A DNA stretch of 64,000 nt from Elusimicrobiota bacterium (GTDB lineage Bacteria; Elusimicrobiota; Elusimicrobia; UBA1565; UBA9628). This document shows positions 1 to 8,473 of this stretch, one piece after another. A program made the translations under genes and the position numbers. The number at the start of each line of letters is the position of its first letter. The first letter of the stretch is position 1. The stretch is from positions 201,261 through 265,260 of the forward strand of contig PLZD01000010.1 of assembly GCA_003151975.1 (NCBI GenBank), written 5' to 3'. The notes under the pieces were generated by a model. That model made no database searches. It worked only from the letters and a program-made list of their open reading frames with translations, and was not told the DNA's origin.

Positions 1-2
1 TC

Positions 3-266
3 GTGGTGTCCGCCGTGCCCGATCCCGCGTTTGCCATCGACCCCAAGTGGATCAAACCCGGGGCCGCCGTCGTCGACGTCTCTTATCAGGGAAACATCGA
101 CACCGCGGCGCTTGGAGACGAGGTGGCCTTTGCCACCGCGCCGGGAAACCGCATCGGCCAAGTCACGCGCGCCATGATGTTCGTGAACCTCATCTACTGC
201 GCGCAGAGCCTCAAGAAAGAAAAAGACGCCGAGGCTATTGGAAAAGGTCGGCCGGCAGCGAGCTGA
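3..266 (+). CDS. 3' fragment of a FolD-like NAD(P)-binding dehydrogenase/cyclohydrolase (gene starts upstream of the window)
   Basis: C-terminal pattern VVDV...GDE.AFATAPGNRIGQVTRAMMFVNLI resembles FolD C-terminus (TPVPGGVGPMTVAML.N). ORF is open to the window edge. Confidence 0.4.
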   Translation: MVSAVPDPAFAIDPKWIKPGAAVVDVSYQGNIDTAALGDEVAFATAPGNRIGQVTRAMMFVNLIYCAQSLKKEKDAEAIGKGRPAAS

Positions 267-1131
267 TCTGTTCGGAGAGACGGGCGACCGTCGAGGGCCG
301 GAGCCGCCGAGCGGCCACTTTCTTCAGTAGAAAATTCCGCAGCTTGTCGAGATCGTCGGTGTTGATTAGGTCGACTCCCGCCACGTAAAGCTCCGCCCAA
401 AGCGCTTCCTTTGCCGGAATGCCGTAGAAGCGCAGCTTGCGCCCCTTGGCGTGCGCCTCGTCGGCGTAGCGCTTAAGCCTCTTGCGGTCGGAGCTGTCCA
501 TCGGGCCGCCGTGCCACTGGAAGCGGCTGTAGAAATTCTCGCTGATGGTGGGGAAAAGCGTCTTGTCATCCTTGCCGAGGTCGCCCAAATCCCCATCGAT
601 CCCCGCCCAACGCTTATTTTCGACTTTCAGCAGGTCGTTGGGCCGGTGTCCCGTGATCGAGATCGTGACCGCGCCCTCGTCGACATGATCCGCGTAGTAG
701 ACAGAAAGCATCTCTTTGTAGGGCTCCAGCATTTCCTTTAACACCGGGTAGGAGTCCTCGCCGTTCGATTTGAACTCGATCATCAGCAGGAAGCCCTTGG
801 GTCCGCCGGGATAAACGCGTCCGCCGTTCTGGCGAACCAGCTTCAGCAGGGGATCGAGGTAAAGCGAGCGCAGGGTCCGGTCCTTCTTGATGCCGGAGCC
901 CGTGTGCGCGACGAAGAGCTCGCGCCCGCGCAAATGGACGTCGGCCTCGACGCCGAAGAAGCCGTGGTCGAGTGCGTCGAAGAGCGGGCGCTTGTGCTCG
1001 TAGTCGTTGTGGGCGTAGGCGCGGACAAGAACGGGGGGAGGCGCGGGCGCCGCCGCGTGCGAGGCTAAAACCAGGCTCAAGAGAAAAGCGATCACGCTCG
1101 AATTATAATACACCCAAAGCCGCCAATTCAC
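235..1131 (-). CDS. secreted PLC-like phosphodiesterase (AHNDYEH motif, PI-PLC X / GDPD-like fold)
   Basis: 298-aa ORF with an N-terminal signal peptide. The AHNDYEH motif is typical of Ca-dependent PI-PLC-like phosphodiesterases. Confidence 0.5.
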   Translation of the reverse strand: MNWRLWVYYNSSVIAFLLSLVLASHAAAPAPPPVLVRAYAHNDYEHKRPLFDALDHGFFGVEADVHLRGRELFVAHTGSGIKKDRTLRSLYLDPLLKLVRQNGGRVYPGGPKGFLLMIEFKSNGEDSYPVLKEMLEPYKEMLSVYYADHVDEGAVTISITGHRPNDLLKVENKRWAGIDGDLGDLGKDDKTLFPTISENFYSRFQWHGGPMDSSDRKRLKRYADEAHAKGRKLRFYGIPAKEALWAELYVAGVDLINTDDLDKLRNFLLKKVAARRLRPSTVARLSEQISSLPADLFQ

Positions 1132-1711
1132 GCCGAAGGTTCGTGCACGGCCGGTTGTGGATGACGCGAATGCCCATGAGCTTGGCGGCCTCGACGTTCT
1201 CCTTCATGTCGTCGATGAAGACGGCTTGCTCCGCGGAGACACCCGCCATTTTAAGCGCGGCGCGGTAGATGGCGGGCTCGGGCTTGCGCAGACCCAATTC
1301 GTACGAGAGCACCGCCCCGTCGACGAGGCCCGCGAAGCTGTAGCGGGCGCGGATAAACTCGTAGTGCAGGTAGTTCGTGTTGGAGAGAAGGAACGTCGGA
1401 TGCTTTTCTGCGACCGCCTTCAGCGCGAAGGCGCCCTTGCGGTCGAGCTCGAAGTAGCCGCACCAGAGCTTGTTGAAATCGGGGAAGCTTCCTTTGTAGC
1501 CCAGCTCGCTGCGGAAGCGCTCGTAGAGCTCCTGCGGCTCGATGGTCCCGCGTTCGATGTCGTCGACGATCGTCGATGACCAGAAATAGCGCGCGACCTT
1601 AAGCGGGTGGTGGCCCACCGCCCAGGCGATGCGCCGCACGGCCTGCTTGACGCTCACCTTGAGCAGGACGTTGCCGATGTCGAAGAAGACGACGGGCGGT
1701 TCCTTTTTCAT
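1103..1711 (-). CDS. HAD-superfamily hydrolase (subfamily IA-like)
   Basis: N-terminal FFDIGNVL (DxG motif I) and C-terminal FIDD motif. Confidence 0.65.
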   Translation of the reverse strand: MKKEPPVVFFDIGNVLLKVSVKQAVRRIAWAVGHHPLKVARYFWSSTIVDDIERGTIEPQELYERFRSELGYKGSFPDFNKLWCGYFELDRKGAFALKAVAEKHPTFLLSNTNYLHYEFIRARYSFAGLVDGAVLSYELGLRKPEPAIYRAALKMAGVSAEQAVFIDDMKENVEAAKLMGIRVIHNRPCTNLRRELAALGVL

Positions 1712-1741
1712 GACCCGAGGGTATGATATATTAAGCGCCGC

Positions 1742-2635
1742 ATGTCCGCCACTCCTCGCGAGCGAATCGCCGATCTCGGCTTGATCTATTGCGCCGCCGT
1801 TTGGGGCGCGACGTTTTACATGGTCAAGGGCGCGCTTACGGCCGTCGATCCGACGGCGCTGGTCGCGTGGCGCTTTCTGCTGTCGGCGGCACTCCTACTG
1901 CCGTGGGTTTTGCGCAAGCCGAAAATATTCATCCTGCTTAAGGAATCCGCGATCCTGGCCCTCATCCTCGGCACGCTTTACCTGACCCAGACTGAGGGCC
2001 TGCGCTATACATCCGCCTCGAATTCGGGCTTCATCACGGGGCTCTTCGTGATCTTCGTGCCTTTGTTCCTGCTTGTTTTTTTTGGCAAGCCGCCGACGGT
2101 GGTGCAATGGGCCGCATCCGCTCTGGCCCTGGCGGGCCTGTGGCTTCTGACGGGAGGCCTCGGCCGCTGCAATCGGGGAGATCTGCTGACCATCGGCGCC
2201 GCGGTCACCTACGCGGCGCATCTGCTCGCCACCGACAAATACGTGCGGGCGGATGCCGACGCGATCATCTTGGCCTTCCATCAGTTTTGGATGACGGGCC
2301 TCTACGCGCTGGCGCTGGCTTTGGTCGCGGGGCGCCCGCTGGGCGTCGGCAGCGCTAAAGCCGGCGGCACGATCGTCTTTCTGGCCATTTTCCCGACGCT
2401 GTCGGCGTTCTATATCCAGATGCTCGCGCAGAAATTCACCGCGCCCGTGAAGGTCTCGCTGATCTTCTCGCTCGAGCCGGTCTTTGCCGCGCTCTTTGCG
2501 TGGACTGTCGGTGGCGAGGAGTTCGTTGCGGCGCGGGCGGCGGGCGGCGGCCTCATCGTCGCCGCGATGATCGTCGATGAAATCTCGAAGTTGTCCTTGC
2601 TGAAGGGCCGCAAGAAGGAGGTCCTGCCCGTTTGA
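1742..2635 (+). CDS. DMT superfamily (EamA-like) permease
   Basis: 297 aa with ~10 predicted TM helices and duplicated EamA-like halves. Confidence 0.7.
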   Translation: MSATPRERIADLGLIYCAAVWGATFYMVKGALTAVDPTALVAWRFLLSAALLLPWVLRKPKIFILLKESAILALILGTLYLTQTEGLRYTSASNSGFITGLFVIFVPLFLLVFFGKPPTVVQWAASALALAGLWLLTGGLGRCNRGDLLTIGAAVTYAAHLLATDKYVRADADAIILAFHQFWMTGLYALALALVAGRPLGVGSAKAGGTIVFLAIFPTLSAFYIQMLAQKFTAPVKVSLIFSLEPVFAALFAWTVGGEEFVAARAAGGGLIVAAMIVDEISKLSLLKGRKKEVLPV

Positions 2636-3339
2636 TCAAGGCGATCGGGTTTCTGGAGTCATGCTTCGCCGAGAAATTCGGCACGCCGCGCCAGCCGATG
2701 CTCGTGCCGGCGGCGGCGGCCAAGCTCAAGATCTTCAAGCAGTTCATCCCCGAGCAATCCCTCAAAGGCCTCGAGGAGTTCTCGCACGTCTGGCTGCTCA
2801 GCTGGTTTCATCTTAACACGAACAAATCCTTCAAGTCGACGGTGCATCCGCCCCGGCTCAAAGGCAAGACGGTCGGGGTTTTTGCGAGCCGCTCGCCGCA
2901 TCGCCCGAGCCCGATCGGCCTCTCGGTGGCCAAGCTCGAGAAGATCGAAGGCGACACGCTGTATCTTTCGGGCGCGGATCTCGTCGACGGCACGCCGATC
3001 CTCGATATCAAGCCCTACATCCCCTCATATGACCTGATCGCGCGCGCGAAATCGGGCTGGACGGGACGCGCGGGGCGCGCCGAGCTCAAGGTCGCGTTCG
3101 CGCCGGGATTCACGGTCGCGCCGGCCCTCAAGAAATTGCTTTCGCAGATTCTCAAGCAGGACCTGCGCAATCCGCGCGATCGCTCCCAGCTTCAAGACGG
3201 CCGCGAGCACGAGTTGCGGCTCAAGGACTGCTCGGTCACTTACGAGGTGCGCGGAAAAACCGCGCGGGTCACGTCGATCGGACCGGCCTTGGCGAAGGAT
3301 TACGCCAAGCCCGGCCGGGTTCCCAAAGAGCTCTTGTAA
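2632..3339 (+). CDS. trmO: tRNA (t6A37) methyltransferase TrmO / TsaA-like (YaeB family)
   Basis: GVFASRSPHRPSPIG signature of the TsaA/YaeB family. TTG start overlaps the upstream stop, with AAGGAGG 12 nt upstream. Confidence 0.7.
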   Translation: MIKAIGFLESCFAEKFGTPRQPMLVPAAAAKLKIFKQFIPEQSLKGLEEFSHVWLLSWFHLNTNKSFKSTVHPPRLKGKTVGVFASRSPHRPSPIGLSVAKLEKIEGDTLYLSGADLVDGTPILDIKPYIPSYDLIARAKSGWTGRAGRAELKVAFAPGFTVAPALKKLLSQILKQDLRNPRDRSQLQDGREHELRLKDCSVTYEVRGKTARVTSIGPALAKDYAKPGRVPKELL

Positions 3340-3369
3340 TCCCTATCAGGGGAGAGCTAACATTGAGGC

Positions 3370-3786
3370 ATGAAGATTTCGAATTGGCTGGGAGCCGTCC
3401 TCTGCGCCGTCGTGCTCGCCGCGCCGGCAAATGCCGTGAAGCTCAAGACCTCGGATGCCTCGATCCGTTTCGAGGACTCGAGCTCGTCTTGGAAGGTCAA
3501 GATCAAGCTCTGCAATAAGACCGGCGGGGATTCCGAGACCGTGTTCTACGAGATCCGGCTTTTTCAGCTTGCCGAGCCGATCGATCCCGAGACCAAAAGC
3601 TGGAAGATCGCGGCGTGGACCGATTCCGCCCTGCCGGCGGGCCAGTGCCAGACCGAGGATTTCCCCGTCACCGTCGACGTCGCCAAAGTCCCGTCCGACA
3701 CGTACCACGTCGTCCTTTGGGCCGGCGACGGCTCGGGGCACGGCAAGAAGCGCTACGTCTCCGACCACAACTACATCAAGAACTAG
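3370..3786 (+). CDS. small secreted hypothetical protein
   Basis: Signal peptide MKISNWLGAVLCAVVLAAPANA. No recognisable domain. Confidence 0.5.
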   Translation: MKISNWLGAVLCAVVLAAPANAVKLKTSDASIRFEDSSSSWKVKIKLCNKTGGDSETVFYEIRLFQLAEPIDPETKSWKIAAWTDSALPAGQCQTEDFPVTVDVAKVPSDTYHVVLWAGDGSGHGKKRYVSDHNYIKN

Positions 3787-3789
3787 CCC

Positions 3790-4707
3790 TTAGGGCTTTG
3801 GCGGCTTCATGCCTCCGCCGCCGGAGCCGCGGTAGGCGATCAGCTCGTTGAGGAAATCAGACTTCTCGGGCACGAGCGTGATGTCGGCCTCGCCGTCGAG
3901 GACCTTCTGCGTCTCCATCGCCTCGAACATGGTCTCGAGAATATCGGGGTCGGAAGAGATTTCCTTGAGAGCCTGGCCCACGATCTTCGGACGCAGCGCC
4001 GCGGCTTCGGCAAAGGCGACCGCGGCGGTGCGCTGCGCGGTGCTGGCGATGATGTTGACTTGGTTCTCGCCGTCTTGTTTGATCGCCGCCGTCACTTGGC
4101 GTAGTCGATTGACGACTTTCTCCTCGATCTGCCGGATCATGGCGACGTCCCTGAAGTGCACTTTCCGTATGTAGACCGAGCCGAGCTTGTAGCCCCACTC
4201 GTGACTCGTGGGGCTGACCTCGTCGCGCACGACCGCGCTCATTTGGTGGCGGTTGCCGAGCATGTCGGCGAGCTTCATGTTGGAGAGGCCGCGGACCGTC
4301 GCGTTGCTGACGTTGGCCGCCAGCGAGCCCTGCGGGTCGGCGTTCTTGAAGAGGTAGGCCACGGGGTCCGAGATGAACATCTCATACCAGATGCCGATGC
4401 CCATGGGCGCGCCTTCTTCTGAATTGACGGGCTCCGAGCGGCGATAGACCTGGTCCATGCGCATGTCGAGCGTGTAGCAGGTGCCGACCCAATTGACGAT
4501 GAGCGCCTTGGGACCGAAGCGGAACCACAGCCAGTGCAGGCCCGGGTCGGTGATGACGTCCTCGACGTTGCCGAAGAGGACGAAGACCTTGGCCGTGCCT
4601 TCATTGACGATCGTGTAGAAGCCGAACGCGCGCAGGATGCCGAAGAAGATCGGCACGCCGAGCATGCAGCCGAAGAAGGTGATGAACGCCGCGTAGAGGA
4701 AGTTCAT
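3790..4707 (-). CDS. SPFH/band-7 (stomatin/prohibitin-like) membrane protein
   Basis: N-terminal TM helix followed by an SPFH-like core (FGNVEDVITDPGLHW...). Paralogue of the next gene. Confidence 0.65.
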   Translation of the reverse strand: MNFLYAAFITFFGCMLGVPIFFGILRAFGFYTIVNEGTAKVFVLFGNVEDVITDPGLHWLWFRFGPKALIVNWVGTCYTLDMRMDQVYRRSEPVNSEEGAPMGIGIWYEMFISDPVAYLFKNADPQGSLAANVSNATVRGLSNMKLADMLGNRHQMSAVVRDEVSPTSHEWGYKLGSVYIRKVHFRDVAMIRQIEEKVVNRLRQVTAAIKQDGENQVNIIASTAQRTAAVAFAEAAALRPKIVGQALKEISSDPDILETMFEAMETQKVLDGEADITLVPEKSDFLNELIAYRGSGGGGMKPPKP

Positions 4708-4708
4708 G

Positions 4709-5725
4709 TTATTTTCTCACCTCCAGCACGAACTGTTTGGCCTGCGAGAACAGCGAGAGCCGCACGTTGCGCAAGTACGCGACGAGAGCCGCGGCGCCTC
4801 CGATGGCGCGCAGCGAGGTCAGCTGCTTGGCCAGCGCCAGCAGGGGCTCGACTTCGGCCTGAGCCTTGAGCGTCTCGATTTCGACCGCTCGTTTCGATTG
4901 CACTATTTTCTGATCCGCGGAGGCTTGCGCGAGCGAAATCTCGGACGAAACCGAGTTGTGCGCGGTGTTGATCGCCGCCAGCGCCGACTCGACGTCGGCG
5001 GGCGGGTCGATGCCGGTTATTAAGGAGGCGTCGAGCACTATGCCGTAGCGCGCGGTCGACGACTTGCAGTCGCGGTCCATCTGGTCGTTCAGTGAGCGCA
5101 GATTCTTGCGGATGTCGTTGATCGAGATGCCGACGACGTCGGAAAGCCCCGTGCCGGTGCTCGCGGGGTCGATGGCGACCTTAGGCGCCTCGAAGGTCGC
5201 GATCTTCTCGCGTAGAACCGAGACGAAGTAGCCGGTCACGTGCACGATCGGGTTCTTGATGCCGAAAAGGTAGGCGTAAAGGTTTCGCTCGGCGACGCGG
5301 TAACGGATTTGTCCCGTCAGGCCGGTGTTGAGTTGGTCCATCGTGACGGCTTCGAGGAGGGTGCCGCCGCGGTTGGCCTCGGGCGTCTCGGGGTCGTAGG
5401 CGATGTTGACGGACTCGGTCGCGACCGTCACCTTGTATACCTTTTCCCACGGCCATTTGAAGTAGGGTCCCCCTGGCGGGATCACGAGAAGCTGGGGGTA
5501 GTTGTAGCGCGTCTGCTCGTCCTTGTTAAGCGTGTTGGCCATCTCGGGATCGCTGAGCGTGGTGACCCCTTCGATGCGCTGCGCGCGGCCGAAGCTCGTC
5601 TTGACCGCGCGTTCGTTCTGGTCGACCGTGTAGAGCCCGGCGACGAGATAGTTGAGCAGGAACCAAGCGACGAAGCCGAGAAAACAGCCGAAGATAATGG
5701 ACATGGGCCAAGTGTAGACCGGCAA
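4709..5725 (-). CDS. SPFH/band-7 family membrane protein
   Basis: N-terminal TM plus an SPFH-like region (YTVDQNERAV...). Tandem with 3790-4707. Confidence 0.6.
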   Translation of the reverse strand: MPVYTWPMSIIFGCFLGFVAWFLLNYLVAGLYTVDQNERAVKTSFGRAQRIEGVTTLSDPEMANTLNKDEQTRYNYPQLLVIPPGGPYFKWPWEKVYKVTVATESVNIAYDPETPEANRGGTLLEAVTMDQLNTGLTGQIRYRVAERNLYAYLFGIKNPIVHVTGYFVSVLREKIATFEAPKVAIDPASTGTGLSDVVGISINDIRKNLRSLNDQMDRDCKSSTARYGIVLDASLITGIDPPADVESALAAINTAHNSVSSEISLAQASADQKIVQSKRAVEIETLKAQAEVEPLLALAKQLTSLRAIGGAAALVAYLRNVRLSLFSQAKQFVLEVRK

Positions 5726-5755
5726 CGGCGGGCCGTCAAGGCCTGCGGCGGGGGC

Positions 5756-6136
5756 CTAGTGCTTTCTGCCGGTCAGCAAGGCTTCGACGACCTGCATGAG
5801 TTCGTCGGGCTCGCCGGACTTGACCACGAAATGATCGGGCTTGCCGCCTTCGACGATCTTGAGCATCTCGCCCGCCATGGTGGTGAGAATGACCACGGGC
5901 ACGGACCGGTAGTCTTTGTTCGACTTGAGCTCGGCGCAGACCTTCATGCCGGTGGTGTCGCCCAATTCGTGATCGAGGACGAAGAGGTCGGGACGCCGCT
6001 TTCCGGCGGCGGGCAGGACGTCTTTGCCGCGGGGGAGTATGGTCACCTCGCAGAAGTCCTCGGCCGTCAGCCAGCGCGAGATGAGCTCGCGCCAGCCCTC
6101 GTCGTCCTCGGCCACGATGATGTAAGGGCGCGCCAT
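5756..6136 (-). CDS. single-domain response regulator (CheY-like receiver)
   Basis: IIVAEDDE...DLFVLDHELGDTTG...VVILT: acidic pocket, a phospho-acceptor Asp and the T/K motifs. Start probably at internal Met (MARPYII). Confidence 0.65.
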   Translation of the reverse strand: MARPYIIVAEDDEGWRELISRWLTAEDFCEVTILPRGKDVLPAAGKRRPDLFVLDHELGDTTGMKVCAELKSNKDYRSVPVVILTTMAGEMLKIVEGGKPDHFVVKSGEPDELMQVVEALLTGRKH

Positions 6137-6164
6137 TGGACTATGAGTGTAGCAGGACAAGAGG

Positions 6165-6650
6165 CTATCGGCAAGGCGTCTCGAAGCGGTAGTAGGCCGG
6201 ATCGGGGACGACGGGCACCCAACGGTCGCGCCCGGGGATTTGGACCGCGCCCCACTCCGTCGCCTCTTCGCGCCCGGCCACCCGGAATCGCGCGCGCACG
6301 GTCCAGAAATACTTGGCGCATGAGGCGAGAGCTTTCTGGAATTGATAGCGGGGGAAAGGGAGGCTGTCGGCCTCGTCGATGAGCCTTCCGGGCGCGCCGT
6401 TTTCCGAAAGATAGACTTTAAGGTCGTAGACGACCCATTTGGCGTCGTCGCGCGGCGGGTAGGCTTCCCAACGCATCATGGGCTTGGTCGACTCGACGGT
6501 CGTGAAGAGGACTTCCTTTCCATGGGCCAGCACCTGGGGATATTCGGGTTTGAGTCCGTAGACCGCGGCGTTCTCCGCGCAGGCGCCAAGACAAAGGATC
6601 AAGACTAGGGGGAGCGCGGATCGGACCTTAGGGTTGCTGGGGGCCCGCAT
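6165..6650 (-). CDS. hypothetical lipoprotein
   Basis: Signal peptide plus lipobox LILCLGAC. Confidence 0.45.
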   Translation of the reverse strand: MRAPSNPKVRSALPLVLILCLGACAENAAVYGLKPEYPQVLAHGKEVLFTTVESTKPMMRWEAYPPRDDAKWVVYDLKVYLSENGAPGRLIDEADSLPFPRYQFQKALASCAKYFWTVRARFRVAGREEATEWGAVQIPGRDRWVPVVPDPAYYRFETPCR

Positions 6651-7209
6651 AGACCAGGAAGATGTCGTCGGCGGCCTTCTGCGCGAGCTCTTTTAGGCCC
6701 TCGTCCAGGTCGGCCCGCACCGCGGCGGCGTCATAGGCTCGCCATTCCGGCATGGTCCTCTTGGGGCTGCGAAACTCGATCTTCTGGTCGTAGATCGAGC
6801 GGCCGTAAGCCGGCTGCACGAGCCGCGCCCGCGCGCGCAGCACGAGCGCGGGCGCGTCGTCCATCAACGAATCCTTCGCCAGCACGATGCGCTCGATGCG
6901 CACCTCGAGCATCGTGGGCGCCACGTCCTGAGTCGCGGGCGCGAAATTGTAGCCTTTGAGCTTCTTGACGCGCGCGAGCACCTCGCCGCGCAGGCGCTCC
7001 TGGAGGCCCGAGGCGGCGAGGCTTGCGGCGACGGTAGGGTCGGTGTCCGGAGCGTAGCTCGACTGGGCGATGGCGATCAGCCCGTACTCTCCGCGCGTCT
7101 GCAGGGAGGGGGTGGGGAGCGCCCTGTTGGGTTGGGCGGCCGCGGCCGTGATCAAAGTCACAAGTCCGACCGCTCCAAAAAAAATCTCCGCTCGGCGCGA
7201 GATCATCAT
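6628..7209 (-). CDS. hypothetical secreted protein
   Basis: N-terminal hydrophobic signal. No recognisable domain. Confidence 0.4.
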   Translation of the reverse strand: MMISRRAEIFFGAVGLVTLITAAAAQPNRALPTPSLQTRGEYGLIAIAQSSYAPDTDPTVAASLAASGLQERLRGEVLARVKKLKGYNFAPATQDVAPTMLEVRIERIVLAKDSLMDDAPALVLRARARLVQPAYGRSIYDQKIEFRSPKRTMPEWRAYDAAAVRADLDEGLKELAQKAADDIFLVYAGPQQP

Positions 7210-7362
7210 CCCTATATATATGCAGCAACAAGTGCGCCATTTCCAGGCCCGATCGGTCAGGTATTGTCAGCGACTGTCGCCGATATAAAATAATGCAGCT
7301 AAATCAATCATTATTTTTGTCGTTCATACTATTTCGGTACACAAGTGTCACACAAAAGAAAC

Positions 7363-7388
7363 CGCCCCGCTCTTGTCGGAGCGGGGCG
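7363..7388. other. GC-rich hairpin (CCGCCCCGCTC/GAGCGGGGCGG) inside a low-GC intergenic region
   Basis: Perfect ~10-bp stem with a 6-nt loop, followed by a T-rich run (tgtttcgttgtgtg). See finding. Confidence 0.5.
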
Positions 7389-7567
7389 TGTTTCGTTGTG
7401 TGAGGTCTCTGTTGTCGGTTCTGTTGTCGCCCTAAGTTGTCGTTCTCGTTGTCTCGCTGTTGTACGCCAGTGATTAGATCATACCAGACCTTTACCGAAA
7501 ATTTATTTCGGGGTTGTTACAAACCACGGACTAGCGTCCGGACGATTTTCGAGCTAAACTCTAAGGG

Positions 7568-8473
7568 ATGCGCCGCGCGATCATACTCGCCGTCTTCGGC
7601 TCCTGCTTGTGCGCTTGCGAGCCTCCAAAGCAGCCGCCCAAGTTGATCACGCACGACGAGGGCGGGGGCGGCGCGGCGCGCCCGGGATTCACTTACGGCG
7701 GCGGGGGCGGCGGGGGCGGCGCCGACATGGGCTCGACCCAGTTGATCGCCAACAATCCCAAGCTCGCTCCCTTGATTCGTGAGCCGGCGGCCGCTTCGCG
7801 CAAACGCCCCAAGGCCAAGGGCCGCCGCCGTCCGGCCGACGAGGAAATGGACTCCGGCGACATGGGTGATTTTTCCTCCGACGACGACGTCGACGACTCG
7901 ACGCCGACGCCCAAGGCCAAGGAGAATCCCGATCCCGAACCCGCGGGGCCGCTTGTTCAGCGCAAGAGCAAGAGTCTGGACGCAGCTCCCGCCCCGGCCA
8001 ACATCGACACCTCCAATATCAAACCCCTGCCCACGATGAATGGACACGTCAAGTTTCCTCCGCCGCCCGAGGGCGAGGCCGACCAAGAAGAAATCGAGGA
8101 GGCCATGGCCGCCAAGAACACCAAGATGAACATGCCTAAGGACGGCGCGGTCAAGATGGGCGCCGGAGCGGATCTGGCCTTGGACCCCAACTCGCTGGGG
8201 TCCTACCATGTTCAGGTCTCACTGACTCCGTACTTCCGGAACAACGAGATCGACCAAGTCTACGGCTTCGGCACCGATATCCATCTCGAGTATGATCTCG
8301 ACGCCGTGGGCGCGAAGACGGGGAAGTACTTCATCCGCTGGGCGCTGATCGATCTGCTCGACATGGAGCACCCCTTCCACAGGCCCAAGTACTTCAGCTA
8401 CATAGCGCCCTTGGCTAATCCCGAGGAGTCTGGGACTTCCGCAACTCCACCAGGCGCGAGCGGGCCTCGGTGA
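7568..8473 (+). CDS. hypothetical lipoprotein with a Gly-rich, acidic disordered N-terminal region
   Basis: Lipobox LCAC after a signal peptide, then a poly-Gly/low-complexity region and a globular C-terminus. Confidence 0.5.
   Translation: MRRAIILAVFGSCLCACEPPKQPPKLITHDEGGGGAARPGFTYGGGGGGGGADMGSTQLIANNPKLAPLIREPAAASRKRPKAKGRRRPADEEMDSGDMGDFSSDDDVDDSTPTPKAKENPDPEPAGPLVQRKSKSLDAAPAPANIDTSNIKPLPTMNGHVKFPPPPEGEADQEEIEEAMAAKNTKMNMPKDGAVKMGAGADLALDPNSLGSYHVQVSLTPYFRNNEIDQVYGFGTDIHLEYDLDAVGAKTGKYFIRWALIDLLDMEHPFHRPKYFSYIAPLANPEESGTSATPPGASGPR

Noticed and set aside
5240-6382. 380-aa plus-strand ORF
   Set aside because: Antisense to the SPFH gene, the receiver-domain gene and the lipoprotein gene. 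Composition is Arg/Gly/Asp-rich nonsense.
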